A stretch of DNA of 64,000 nucleotides from an uncultured Actinomycetes bacterium (lineage in GTDB: Bacteria; Actinomycetota; Thermoleophilia; RBG-16-64-13). The stretch is from positions 96,001 through 160,000 of the forward strand of contig CAWJDT010000005.1 in the NCBI GenBank assembly GCA_963841735.1, written 5' to 3'. Positions 32,964 through 42,733 of this stretch are shown here, piece after piece; position 1 is the first letter of the stretch, and each line of letters opens with the position of its first letter. The position numbers and the translations under genes are program-made. Below the pieces are notes generated by a model. That model made no database searches and had not been told where the DNA came from. It saw nothing but the letters and a program-made list of their open reading frames with translations.

Positions 32964-33929
32964 TTACTGGCGCTCTGCGGCCGGGCCGTACCCCGTACCG
33001 CAGTACGTGTAGGTCCTATCCGGAACGTCGTTGTTGACCTGATCTTCGTCGATCTCGGCTACGCAACGGACCATGGAGCCGTCACCCATGTACCAGCGGA
33101 TCGGGAAGCAGTAGAACCGAAAACGCTTACCGGACACCTTGTCCAAGTCGCCACCGAGGTTCTCGACGCCGACTATGCCGTGACCCAGCATCTGCTTGTG
33201 GCAGGGTTCCCAGGTCCCCTCATTGCCAAGCGCTTCCAGATCCCCGAATTTGGCATCATAAGCGGCCTGGCCATGCACCTTGATGTAAACCGCTTTCTCG
33301 AATTCGGCGTACGCTTCTTCACCGAACTGCTCGGCGTATTCGACCGTGATGGTCTTTCCAGAAGCTCCGGGCAGGTTCATCTGCGGCGGGCCGTTCTTGC
33401 CCATGGCCGTGTGGAGCGGATGATCCAGCGCCTGCATATCCATGGCTACGCACTTCACCTTATGCTTCACAAACCATTTTCCCGCTTCGACGCCGGTACC
33501 GCATGAGTAGTGGTAGTACTCTTTGGAGTCGTCGAACTTGCGGTGCATGCCGGTGTTCAAACACACGACCATGCCCTCGAGCTCCTCAGGCTTGATGCCC
33601 GCGCGCTTGCAGGCATCCTCGAGATGCTCGGGCAGGATCAGACCCCAGCGGCCGATCTTGATCTCAAGACAGATGGCGTCACCTGTGTAGGCGTCGACAG
33701 GCATCTCGTGCGTATAGCGGGCTCTCTTGCCGTCGAATTCGCGCTCCATGACGTGGCGAGGCGCGTCTGCGTGAGTGCCTGTGTGCTGGACACAATCGAT
33801 CCTCTGCGTGAGGACGCCGCCCTTCGCCAAGGTGTGCATCGAGTCGATCACCGGCTTTACGAAATACGGCCACCGAGGAATCTCCGCACTGAATGGATGG
33901 GTCAGGTCGACGAAAACTGTCTTGCCCAT
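32964..33929 (-). CDS. Cyclase (kynurenine formamidase-like) metallohydrolase; candidate dihydrophloroglucinol cyclohydrolase
   Basis: VDLTHP, HTGTHADAP (HxGTHxDxP), GVENL, GDGSMVR; pathway context. Confidence 0.8.
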   Translation of the reverse strand: MGKTVFVDLTHPFSAEIPRWPYFVKPVIDSMHTLAKGGVLTQRIDCVQHTGTHADAPRHVMEREFDGKRARYTHEMPVDAYTGDAICLEIKIGRWGLILPEHLEDACKRAGIKPEELEGMVVCLNTGMHRKFDDSKEYYHYSCGTGVEAGKWFVKHKVKCVAMDMQALDHPLHTAMGKNGPPQMNLPGASGKTITVEYAEQFGEEAYAEFEKAVYIKVHGQAAYDAKFGDLEALGNEGTWEPCHKQMLGHGIVGVENLGGDLDKVSGKRFRFYCFPIRWYMGDGSMVRCVAEIDEDQVNNDVPDRTYTYCGTGYGPAAERQ

Positions 33930-34026
33930 GTGAATCTTCCGCTCCTTTTTAATCTTGTTGCGACGCACGAGCGCGGAAACGCTCGAATACTCCTCCACCG
34001 ACTTGTGGGGCACCGAGTCGGTTACC

Positions 34027-34989
34027 CTACTTGGCTTCGCTCTCCTTCAGGCGCAGTACCGCCTTGGTCAAGTAGTCGAGCAGATTGGCCCGTAGCGCCT
34101 TCTGCCCTTCGGGTGTCCACTGCTGGAATCCTAAGCCACCGGACTTGAAGCCCAGCTCGCCTTTCTCCACCTTCTCTTTGAGCAGCGGCGAGGGCTCGTG
34201 CGAATCTTCCAGATGCTTGAGCACGTAGTTGTGGATGGATAGGGTGAGATCGAGCCCGACCATGTCCGCGTTCTCCAGAGGCGCGAGCACGGGAAGACGG
34301 AGCCCCGGCCCATACTTGAGACTCTCATCCACCGTAGCCGCGTCGGCGATGCCATGCTCGACGATGGAGATGGCTTCACGCCAGAGGGCGTGCTGCAGCC
34401 GGTTGGCGATGAACCCCGGCACGTCCTTCTTGGCATGCACAGGACGCTTGCCGATGACCCGATGAAGGTCCATGGTGGCGTCGATCACCCACTGGGGCGT
34501 GTCTTTGGTCTGAACAACCTCGACAAGCGGGATGAGGAACGGCGGATTCCACCAGTGAGTGCCCAGGATGCGCTCGCGCCCCTTCGAAGTGCTCGCGATC
34601 TCGGTGGGACTCATCACCGAGGTGTTGGTAGCCAGAATCGCGTCCGGGCCGCACATCTGGTCGAGTTTCTGGAACGTGTCTTGCTTAAGCCCCATATCCT
34701 CGGCCACGCACTCCAGCACGAAGTCGGCATCGGCGGCCGCTTCTTCCATGACCTGCGTTGTGGTCACACGGGCCAGCGTCGGTTCAACGTCTTCGAGTCT
34801 TCCCAGACCGCGCTCAGCCAGAAAAGTCAGGTCGGCCCGCATGCCTTCGACGGCCTTCTCCAACGTCTCGGCTTTCCGGCTGTAGAGCCCTACCGGGTAA
34901 CCGGCGCCGGCGAACACCATGGCGCAGCCATGGCCCATGTTGCCGCCGCCGATGATGGCGATCTTCTTGATGTCTTCGAGTCTTTTCAC
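34027..34989 (-). CDS. 3-hydroxyacyl-CoA dehydrogenase family; candidate 3-hydroxy-5-oxohexanoate dehydrogenase
   Basis: GGGNMG, ECVAEDMGLK, ATNTS, HWWNPP, PGFIANRLQ; GTG start overlaps the upstream stop. Confidence 0.82.
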   Translation of the reverse strand: MKRLEDIKKIAIIGGGNMGHGCAMVFAGAGYPVGLYSRKAETLEKAVEGMRADLTFLAERGLGRLEDVEPTLARVTTTQVMEEAAADADFVLECVAEDMGLKQDTFQKLDQMCGPDAILATNTSVMSPTEIASTSKGRERILGTHWWNPPFLIPLVEVVQTKDTPQWVIDATMDLHRVIGKRPVHAKKDVPGFIANRLQHALWREAISIVEHGIADAATVDESLKYGPGLRLPVLAPLENADMVGLDLTLSIHNYVLKHLEDSHEPSPLLKEKVEKGELGFKSGGLGFQQWTPEGQKALRANLLDYLTKAVLRLKESEAK

Positions 34990-35765
34990 GATGCCAGCCA
35001 GCCTCCGTCTACGTTTACGATTACGCCAGTCATGAAATCCGACGCGGCCGAAGCAAGAAAGACCGCCACTCCAACAAAGTCATCCGGTACTCCCGCGCGG
35101 CCCCACGGGATGCGAGACATGTGCAGATCATGAAGGGGTTTGTCCTCGAGAACCTGCTTCGTCAGCGGCGTCCAAAAGATGGCGGGGGCGATGCAGTTGA
35201 CGTTGATCTTGTGCTTCGCCCACTCGGTCGCCATCTGCTTGGTCAAAGCGTGGACGGCGCCCTTCGACGTGGTGTACCCGGAATAACCTCCCGGGCTCCC
35301 CTGAAATCCGCGGACCGAGCCGATGGTGATGATCTTGCCCTCTCCACGCTCGACCATTCGGGCACCCACCTTCTGGCAGCATAGGAAGGTGCCCCGCACG
35401 TTGACGTCCTGGATGCGCTGCCACTCTTCCACCGGCATGCGTTCCAGGGGGATACGATTGGCGGTCCCTGCTGTGGTGACCAGGATATCGATGGAGCCCA
35501 GCGCCTCGTTCACTTGGGCAACCATGGCCTCCACGCTCGCCTCGTCGGTCACGTCCGCCGCGATAGCCGCGCTTCTCCGGCCGACAGACTCGATCTCTTG
35601 TTTCACAGGCAGCATGGCCGCCGCCGCGGAGTCGGTCAGGGCCACATCGGCACCATGGACGGCCAGTCCCCTGGCGATCGCCCCGCCGAGCGCTCCGCCA
35701 CCCCCAGTCACGAGAGCGACCTTGCCGCCGAGTTTGAACAAGTCGGCGATCGCTTGAGTAGACAT
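34986..35765 (-). CDS. SDR oxidoreductase, phloroglucinol reductase-like paralogue B (start uncertain)
   Basis: TGGGGALG, YTTSKG, clearly paralogous to the upstream SDR (GSVRGF.G.PGGY, ATEWAK.KINVNCIAP.IFWTPLTKQVLED). Confidence 0.78.
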   Translation of the reverse strand: MSTQAIADLFKLGGKVALVTGGGGALGGAIARGLAVHGADVALTDSAAAAMLPVKQEIESVGRRSAAIAADVTDEASVEAMVAQVNEALGSIDILVTTAGTANRIPLERMPVEEWQRIQDVNVRGTFLCCQKVGARMVERGEGKIITIGSVRGFQGSPGGYSGYTTSKGAVHALTKQMATEWAKHKINVNCIAPAIFWTPLTKQVLEDKPLHDLHMSRIPWGRAGVPDDFVGVAVFLASAASDFMTGVIVNVDGGWLAS

Positions 35766-35858
35766 GCGTTCGGATGGCCCCACATCGCCTCTCTTAGTCA
35801 CAAAGGAACATTTCCCCGAGCGAGGACCTTGTGGCCCCCGCCCAGGGAAACAAGTCAA

Positions 35859-36665
35859 TCAACCGCCGACAGTCCCGCCGTCAACAGGCAGGATGGTGCC
35901 GGTGACGAAGTCGGAAGCGGGCGCCGAGAGGTAGAGAGCAGCGCCGATGACGTCGTCGGGGATAGCGGCGCGGCCCCACGGGATCCTCGAGAGGAATATC
36001 TGCTTGAGTTTCTCGTCTTCGAGAACCTGCTTCGTGAGCGGGGTCCAGAAGATGCAGGGGGCGATGCAGTTGACGTTGATCTTGTACTTCGCCCATTCGG
36101 TGGCCAACTGAAGGGTCATCAGATGGACGGCGCCCTTGGAGGTGCCGTACGCGCCGTAGCCCCCGGGATGGCCGGCGAAGCCACGGACCGAACCGACGGT
36201 GATGATCTTGCCAGGGCGTTCGTTCTCGATCATCCACTTGCCGGCCTTCTGGCAAGAGAGCCAGGTGCCGCGTACGTTGATGTCCATGACCTTCTGCCAG
36301 GCGTCAACCGGGAACTGCTCGGCCGGATACCGGTCGGCGATGCCGCCGACGGTGATCATGATGTCGATCTTGCCGAACTGTTCGACCGTCTTGGCGACCA
36401 GGTTGTCGACGCTCGCTTCATCGACCACGTCACAGGCTATGGCCACGGCCTTGCCGCCGCCGCCCAGGGCGTTGATCTCCGCGGCCGTGCTCTCGAGGGT
36501 CGCCATGGTGCGGCCGCTGAGGACCACGTCGGCTCCGTAGAGAGTCAGACCCTTCGCCAACGAATGCCCAAGGAAACCGGCACCGCCGGTGATGACGGCG
36601 GTCTTGCCGGTCAAGTCGAAAAGCTTCTTTACTTGTTCAGGGGAGAAGGGAACTGGATCAGCCAT
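35859..36665 (-). CDS. SDR oxidoreductase, candidate phloroglucinol reductase (paralogue A)
   Basis: TGGAGFLG, SGRT at the end of beta-2, YGTSKG; context next to transhydroxylase, cyclase and BKACE. Confidence 0.8.
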   Translation of the reverse strand: MADPVPFSPEQVKKLFDLTGKTAVITGGAGFLGHSLAKGLTLYGADVVLSGRTMATLESTAAEINALGGGGKAVAIACDVVDEASVDNLVAKTVEQFGKIDIMITVGGIADRYPAEQFPVDAWQKVMDINVRGTWLSCQKAGKWMIENERPGKIITVGSVRGFAGHPGGYGAYGTSKGAVHLMTLQLATEWAKYKINVNCIAPCIFWTPLTKQVLEDEKLKQIFLSRIPWGRAAIPDDVIGAALYLSAPASDFVTGTILPVDGGTVGG

Positions 36666-36700
36666 TATTCTTCCTCACACTCCTCGTGTCGCCACTGCGC

Positions 36701-37048
36701 TTAGGTGGTGGGGTAGCCCAGGACCACCATCATGCTTGCCGGGTACTGGGTCTTGTTCTTGATAGAACGGCCCTCCTCGGGGCCGATGAAAATGGAGTCG
36801 TTAGGCTTGAGGACGATGTCCTTGCCATCCTTGTCGGTGATGGTGATCTCACCCGCGATGCAGAAATACGTGGTGTCAAACGGGCGCTTGGGGCTGAACT
36901 CCGCACCGCCGCCGGGCAGGAAATGAGTGCAACCCAGGGAGTGCTGCGTGGTGCCCGTCTCGTCTTTGCCCTGCAGCCTGTAGCACTTGCAGTCAAAATG
37001 CCCCGCTGGTTCGTATTGGGGGGCCTCGCCGATCGATACCTTCTTCAT
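36701..37048 (-). CDS. Cupin-domain protein (115 aa)
   Basis: HFLPGGGAE..YFCIAGEITI..LKPNDSIFIGPEEGRSIKN cupin barrel; true start MKKVS at 37048. Confidence 0.8.
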   Translation of the reverse strand: MKKVSIGEAPQYEPAGHFDCKCYRLQGKDETGTTQHSLGCTHFLPGGGAEFSPKRPFDTTYFCIAGEITITDKDGKDIVLKPNDSIFIGPEEGRSIKNKTQYPASMMVVLGYPTT

Positions 37049-37116
37049 TCCTTCACTCCCGTCTCCTGCGACCTCGTCGCGACAGCAACACCAGTATTTC
37101 TTGGGCCGTTCGGCCC

Positions 37117-37944
37117 TTAGCTCTTGGCAGGTAATCCCAGGATCTGGCGAGCTTCCGCCACGGTGGCGACCGGCCGCTTGAACTCGGCCGCCAGCCGCTG
37201 CACCTTCTCTACAAACTCGAAATTGTGCTTCGCGAGTTCGCCCTTGCTCAAATAGACGTTGTCCTCCATGCCCACCCGCACGTGGCCGCCCATGTTCATG
37301 GCCATGGCCGTCATGAGGTTGGCCGTGGGGCCGCAGCCGAACGCCGACCAGGTGGAACCTTCGGGCAGCGACTCGACCAGATACGCCAGGTTCTTCGCGG
37401 TGCCCTCCATGCCGCCGAACACGTGCATGCAGCACTGGAAGTGGATGGGGGCCTTGAGGAACCCGTCCTTGAGGAGCCGCTTGGCGTTCCACACCATGCC
37501 CGCGTCAAAGACTTCCACTTCGGGCTTGATGCCGTTCTCGATGTAGGCCGTGCCGAGCTTCTCGAGGAAGGTGGGGGAATTCAGGAACACGCCCTGATAG
37601 AAGTTCATAGAACCGGCGTCGAAGGTGCCCATGTCAGGTTTGAGCACGGTGTGCGGAAGAATGCGTTCCTCGTCGCTGAAGCCGAGGCCGCCGGATGAGG
37701 TCATGTTGATGATGATGTCGGGGCACTTCTGGCGCACGAGGGTGACTGTCTTCTCGAACCTGTCCAAGGCCATGGTGGGCTTGCCCTCTTCGGTGCGCAC
37801 ATGGATGTGTGCGACAGCGGCACCGGCCTGATAGGCCCCGTAGACTTCTTCGGCGATCTCTTCGGGCTGTGTGGGGAGGTGCGGAGTGTTGTCCTTGGTG
37901 GTCATTGCCCCGGTCGTCGCCACGGTGATGATGAGCTTTTCCAT
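37117..37944 (-). CDS. Beta-keto acid cleavage enzyme (BKACE/DUF849); candidate triacetate acetoacetate-lyase
   Basis: IITVATTGA, AGAAVAHIHVR (HxH), KPEVEVFD, GGHVRVGMED. Confidence 0.88.
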   Translation of the reverse strand: MEKLIITVATTGAMTTKDNTPHLPTQPEEIAEEVYGAYQAGAAVAHIHVRTEEGKPTMALDRFEKTVTLVRQKCPDIIINMTSSGGLGFSDEERILPHTVLKPDMGTFDAGSMNFYQGVFLNSPTFLEKLGTAYIENGIKPEVEVFDAGMVWNAKRLLKDGFLKAPIHFQCCMHVFGGMEGTAKNLAYLVESLPEGSTWSAFGCGPTANLMTAMAMNMGGHVRVGMEDNVYLSKGELAKHNFEFVEKVQRLAAEFKRPVATVAEARQILGLPAKS

Positions 37945-38390
37945 TCACAAACCTCCACGTCTTTGTTGCGATTGCAGACCGGCCCGCTCTCTTCGAGCAT
38001 GACAAGCCGTGATGGCTGTGATGCACGGCATATGGAGATGCCGCGCCTCGGACCGCGACTTCATTCTGGGCGGTAAACGAAGTTGGTCTTCACTCTACAC
38101 CATTCCCTAACCCGGCTGAAAGAAACGCCCTTCACCGGCGGGCTCAGCCGACCCCTTTCTACTCACCGGAACCGGAGGCCACTCGACGGAACGCAGAATC
38201 AGCCGACAGACAGAATGCCCACGAGCACCCCCGCGGCGACCTCCACTGCCTCTGCCTCTGCCTTGTCGATCTTGGAGATCCTAAGCCGGCCCTCGCTGGC
38301 TCCGCTCACCGGCGCCGCCTCCTCTTCCCGTTTCACGCCCCACTCCAACCCGCTGGCATGATTATAATAGGACCCTGCATCATGGATCAG

Positions 38391-38476
38391 GCCGAAGTGG
38401 CGGAATTGGCAGACGCGCTGGACTCAAACTCCAGTGAGGCTCACACCTCGTGCGGGTTCGACCCCCGCCTTCGGCA
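38391..38476 (+). tRNA. tRNA-Leu (CAA), CCA not encoded
   Basis: GCCGAAG/CTTCGGC acceptor stem, D-loop AATTGGCAGA, anticodon arm CTGGA-CTCAAAC-TCCAG, long variable arm, GGTTCGA T-loop; TATAAT at 38363-38368. Confidence 0.95.
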
Positions 38477-38671
38477 TCGCCTCTCGCATCCCCGATTGAC
38501 CAACCTCGCTGGAAAGCAGGAATCCGCCGGAGGGCAGGAATCGGATGGAGCCCCGCGAATCCACACAGAGGCGAATGGTCAGACAAACCGCCGGATATCG
38601 TGCCGTATGGGTAGATTCCGACACTCTCTGCTGGTACATATATGGGTATAGAGGAGAAGAGAGGAAGTCTC

Positions 38672-39173
38672 ATGGATGAGAGACACGGAGCCAAAGAGAA
38701 GCGCTATGCGGAACTCGTTGGCGAGAAGCTCCGCAAGATGCGCCAAGAGCGCGGAATGAGCCTGCAAGAGGTGTGCTCACTCTCCGGCGGTTCTTTCGTC
38801 GTCTCGACTCTCAGCGCCTACGAGCGCGGCAAGCGCAGCCTCAGTCTCGAGCGTCTTCACGAGCTGGCCGGCATCTATGGCCAGTCACCCAACTCCCTCT
38901 TGGACATCGACAAACAGCCTGATTTCCAGCGCTCCATCGCCGGCAATACCCCACTCCGCATCAGGCTGGAAAGCCTGGCCAGGCTGAGCCCCGAGGAGCG
39001 GCGTCCGCTCGAGACCTACCTGGACTTCCTGCGTCAGTTGCGCAACGACCCCGCGCTGGACATGCTCACCATCCGCAAGGAAGACCTGACGTATCTGTCT
39101 TCGCTGTATGGCGTGCGGCCGCGAGGCCCTCAAGGACTACTTCGAAAAAGAGGGTGTACTCCTTACCGCGTAG
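38672..39173 (+). CDS. bldD: BldD-like XRE-family transcriptional regulator (frameshift near 39120)
   Basis: YAELVGEKLRKMRQERGMSL..SAYERGKRSLSLERLHELAGIYG HTH plus C-terminal domain with RNDPALDMLTIRKED (RxD-x8-RxxD); alternative frame ends EALKDYFEKEGVLLTA*. Confidence 0.8.
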
Positions 39174-39973
39174 AGGTACCGTTCGATCTCGGTCAAGGCG
39201 TCGGGCAGTCTCTCTTCGCGGGCAACGATGTCCACCAGCGCACTCCCTATGATGACGCCGTCTGCGTAGCCGGCCACTTCGTCCGCCTGCTCCGCGGTGC
39301 TCACCCCAAAGCCCACAGCAAGAGGCAGGTCGGTGTGGCGCCTGATCCGAGCGACGAACGCGGGAAGGTCCTTCCGCAATGACGACCTGGCTCCCGTGAC
39401 CCCGGTGGTCGACACACAGTAGATGAAGCCGGATGCCGCCGCGGCGATGCGGGCCAGGCGCGCATCGGTGCTCGTCGGAGCCGCCAAAAGGATGACGTCC
39501 ACCCCGTTGGCTCTGGCACAGGCCTGCAGCCCAGCGGCCTCTTCCACCGGCAGGTCCGGCACCACCACGCCCATGACCCCTTGCTCGCCGCACCGGGCGA
39601 AGAAACTCTCCGGCCCCCAAGCCAAGATGTTGTTGAGGTAGCTGAGCAGCACCACCCGGGCACCCTCGCCGGTCGCGGCGCCGGCCAAGTCAAGCACGTC
39701 GGCGGGCCGCACACCCTGCCGCAGAGCTACTTGCGACGCCCCCTGGATCACCGGTCCGTCGGCAAGGGGGTCCGAGAACGGTATGCCGATCTCAACCAGG
39801 TCGGCCCCGCCCTTAAGGTAAGTCCGAACGATCTCAAGACACGAGGCAGGGTCGGGATAACAGCCCACCGCGTAGGGCATGAGCAGAGGGCGCCCGGCCT
39901 CGCGGAACACGGCGGTGAGCGCCGTAGCCCCCGAGTCGCGCTTCGTGGAACCGGTGTCCGGAAGACCACCCAT
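39137..39973 (-). CDS. trpA: Tryptophan synthase alpha chain
   Basis: EIGIPFSDPLADGPVIQ, PDLPVEE, STTGVTG, VGFGVS, DGVIIGSA. Confidence 0.96.
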   Translation of the reverse strand: MGGLPDTGSTKRDSGATALTAVFREAGRPLLMPYAVGCYPDPASCLEIVRTYLKGGADLVEIGIPFSDPLADGPVIQGASQVALRQGVRPADVLDLAGAATGEGARVVLLSYLNNILAWGPESFFARCGEQGVMGVVVPDLPVEEAAGLQACARANGVDVILLAAPTSTDARLARIAAAASGFIYCVSTTGVTGARSSLRKDLPAFVARIRRHTDLPLAVGFGVSTAEQADEVAGYADGVIIGSALVDIVAREERLPDALTEIERYLYAVRSTPSFSK

Positions 39974-41150
39974 TACCTCATCCCCAGTGCGTCGGCGACG
40001 CTGTAGACATCCTTGTCACCACGGCCGGAGAGACTCACCACCACCACGTCGGAAGGCGAGAAACCGTGACCACCCCGCAAAAGATAGGCGATGGCATGAG
40101 CGCTCTCCAGGGCGGGGATGATGCCCTCGAGCCGCGAGAGCACCTGGAACGCGTCCAGGGCTTCGGCATCGGTGGCACTGGTGTACTCCACCCGGCCGAC
40201 ATCCTTGAGAAACGAGTGCTCGGGGCCCACCGAGGGGTAGTCCAGCCCGGCTGCCAGCGAGTGCGCTTCCTGGATCTGGCCGTCGGCGTCCTGCAGCACA
40301 TAGGAGAAGGAGCCGTGCAGGATGCCTCCCTTGCCCCGAGCCAAGGAGGCCCCATGCTTGCCCGAGTCCAAGCCCAAACCGGCCGCTTCCACTCCCACCA
40401 TGCGGATCGCGCGCGTCGCCGAGAAACTCGTGGAACATGCCGATGGCGTTGCTCCCGGCGCCGACGCACGCCACCAGCCCGTCCGGCAACCGTCCTTCTT
40501 TGGCCATGATCTGCTCCCGCGTCTCGAGTCCGATCACTGCCTGAAAATCGCGGACCATGGTGGGATACGGAGCCGGCCCGACCACCGAGCCGATGATGTA
40601 GTGAGTGGACTCCACGTTGGCCACCCAGTCGCGGATGGCCTCGTTGGTAGCGTCCTTCAGCGTGCCGCTCCCCGAGGTCACCGGCAGCACCTCCGCTCCC
40701 AGCAAACGCATGCGAAAGACGTTGAGCTCCTGGCGGCGGATGTCCTCCTCGCCCATGTACACATGGCACTCCAACCCGAACAGAGCCGCCACCGTGGCCG
40801 TAGCCACACCGTGTTGCCCGGCGCCGGTCTCGGCGATTATGCGCTTCTTGCCCATGCGCACCGCCAGGAGGATCTGACCGAGGGTGTTGTTGATCTTGTG
40901 AGCACCCGTGTGGGCGAGATCTTCTCGCTTGAGGTACGTGCGGCAACCCACCCGCTCCGAGAGCCGGGTCGCCAGAAACAGCGGAGTCGGCCGGCCGGCG
41001 TAGTCGGTCTGCAGCATGCTGCAGCTCGGCCAGGAAGCCTGGGTCGTCGCGGTAGGTCTCGTAGGCCTGCTCGAGTTCCTCGAGGGCCGAGACCAGAGTC
41101 TCGGGGACGTACCGCCCCCCATAGGGTCCGAAGCGTTGTGGCAGTGTCAC
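39973..41150 (-). CDS. trpB: Tryptophan synthase beta chain (frameshifted)
   Basis: [54 protein letters not shown] over three frames. Confidence 0.95.
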
Positions 41151-41875
41151 TTGAACGGTCCTTCCTGTCGCATCTGTCTAAAGAGCTCCCGCAGGAGCAA
41201 GTGATCCTTGATCCCTGGGGAGGTCTCCACCCCACTCGAGACGTCCACCCCCCAAGCGCCCGATTCGTCCAGGGCCGCCCGCACGTTGTCCGGGGTGATG
41301 CCTCCCGCGACGAGAAGCTGCAGATCCTCCCCCACTTCCACGGCCAGACCTCCAGGGGAAGGCAGTGCCGGTGCCTCCGAATCTCTCCGCTCGTCCCGGT
41401 GTCGAGTAGCACCAGGTCGGCCTGCCCGCGAGCCCTCGCGACCGCCCCCGCGAGCGCCTCTCTGCCGGCTGGACCCGAAACGTCCGTGTCCGGGTCGACC
41501 GGCACCGCCTGGATGATCAAAGCCGTATAGCCCCGTGCAGCGAGCGCGGCCCTTACGGCATCGGCATCCGGTCCCCCGAACCCATGAAGCTGCACTGCGT
41601 CGAGCCCCACCTCTTCCGCCACCTGCGCGATCTCGTCCGGCAGACGAGCCGGCGAAGACCCCTACGGTAAGCGGCACCGGAGCCCCAGCCAGGCCACCGA
41701 CGAGATCGCGGGCCGCCGCCGGCGTCACCCGGCGCGGGCTCGGAGCGAACACGAACCCAAGCGCCCACGCCCCCAGTTCACAGGCCAGCATGACATCCTC
41801 AGGCCTGGTAAGGCCGCAGATCTTCACCACCGGCCCAGGGGCAAGCACGTGCGCTTCGCGGCCCAGGTCACTCAT
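41147..41875 (-). CDS. trpF: Phosphoribosylanthranilate isomerase (frameshifted)
   Basis: [49 protein letters not shown]. Confidence 0.92.
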   Translation of the reverse strand: MSDLGREAHVLAPGPVVKICGLTRPEDVMLACELGAWALGFVFAPSPRRVTPAAARDLVGGLAGAPVPLTVGVFAGSSAGRDRAGGGRGGARRSAASWVRGTGCRCRKGRARCTGLYGFDHPGGAGRPGHGRFGSSRQRGARGGGREGSRAGRPGATRHRDERRDSEAPALPSPGGLAVEVGEDLQLLVAGGITPDNVRAALDESGAWGVDVSSGVETSPGIKDHLLLRELFRQMRQEGPFK

Positions 41876-42711
41876 GGAACCAGAAGCACCGGGATCCGTA
41901 CCGAGCGCATGAGCTGCTCGGTGGTGCGCCCCACGATGAGATGCTGCAAGTGCCGAATGGCCCCGCATGCCCATGACCAGCAGGTCGGCCGGCTCCTTTG
42001 CCAACAGCGCGGCCGCGACCTTGGAGACCCGGCCGGGCAGCGTCGAATAGAACGGCGTCAGCCCCAGCGGATCCAGATAGGCCCGGGCAATGTCCAGAGT
42101 CGCCTCGCCCTGCTTGGAGTCATCGTCGACGGTCAGCACCCGCAGCTCGACGGAGGTCTGCGCGGCCAGGTCGGCGGCAAGACGCAGCCCGCGATCGGCC
42201 GGCTCGCTGCCGTCGAACAACACCAACACCGACTTGACCGCAGAGGCCTTGCTCCTCGGTCAGGAGCACCGGGACGGCCGACCGGCGGATCACAGCCTCC
42301 GCGGTGGAGCCCAGCAGATCGCGGCCCCACTTGGCGTGCTCTCCCCGCTTGCCCAAGACCACAAGATCGTGCTCCTCCGCGATGTCGGAGATGACCTGAC
42401 CGGGCACCCCTTCCTCGGTGCGGATCTCCACGTCCAGCACCGGCTTTCTCGACCAGAGCGCGCACCTCGCCCAGAACCCGCTCGGCCTTGGCCCGTGACT
42501 TATCCATCACGTCGAGAGGGGCCAGGATCGGAGGCACGGCCTCGAAGGCATACGAGTAGTCCAGGTACGGAGGCATCTCCAGGTAGCGGATGTCGAGCAC
42601 GTGCAGCCCGGTCACCCGCGCCTGGTACAGCCTGGCCAACTCCACCGCGTGCTCCAGCGCCGCCTGCGCATGGGCGGACGAGTCGACCGCCACCAACAAT
42701 GACTTGATCAT
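41872..42711 (-). CDS. Tandem-domain universal stress protein (frameshifted)
   Basis: LLVAVDSS, DLVVLGKRG..LLGSTAEAVIRRSAVPVLL, second domain LVLFDGS..DLLVMGMRG. Confidence 0.85.
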
Positions 42712-42733
42712 CAAGTCTCCCTTCACTGTCGTT

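Noticed and set aside
38391-38476. tRNA-Leu as integration site of the catabolic cluster
   Set aside because: The cluster lies on the 5' side of the tRNA; I found no integrase and no duplicated tRNA 3' end
41147-42229. Apparent USP-TrpF fusion ORF
   Set aside because: Produced by frameshifts; the USP ends VLLVP* at 41872, overlapping the trpF ATG
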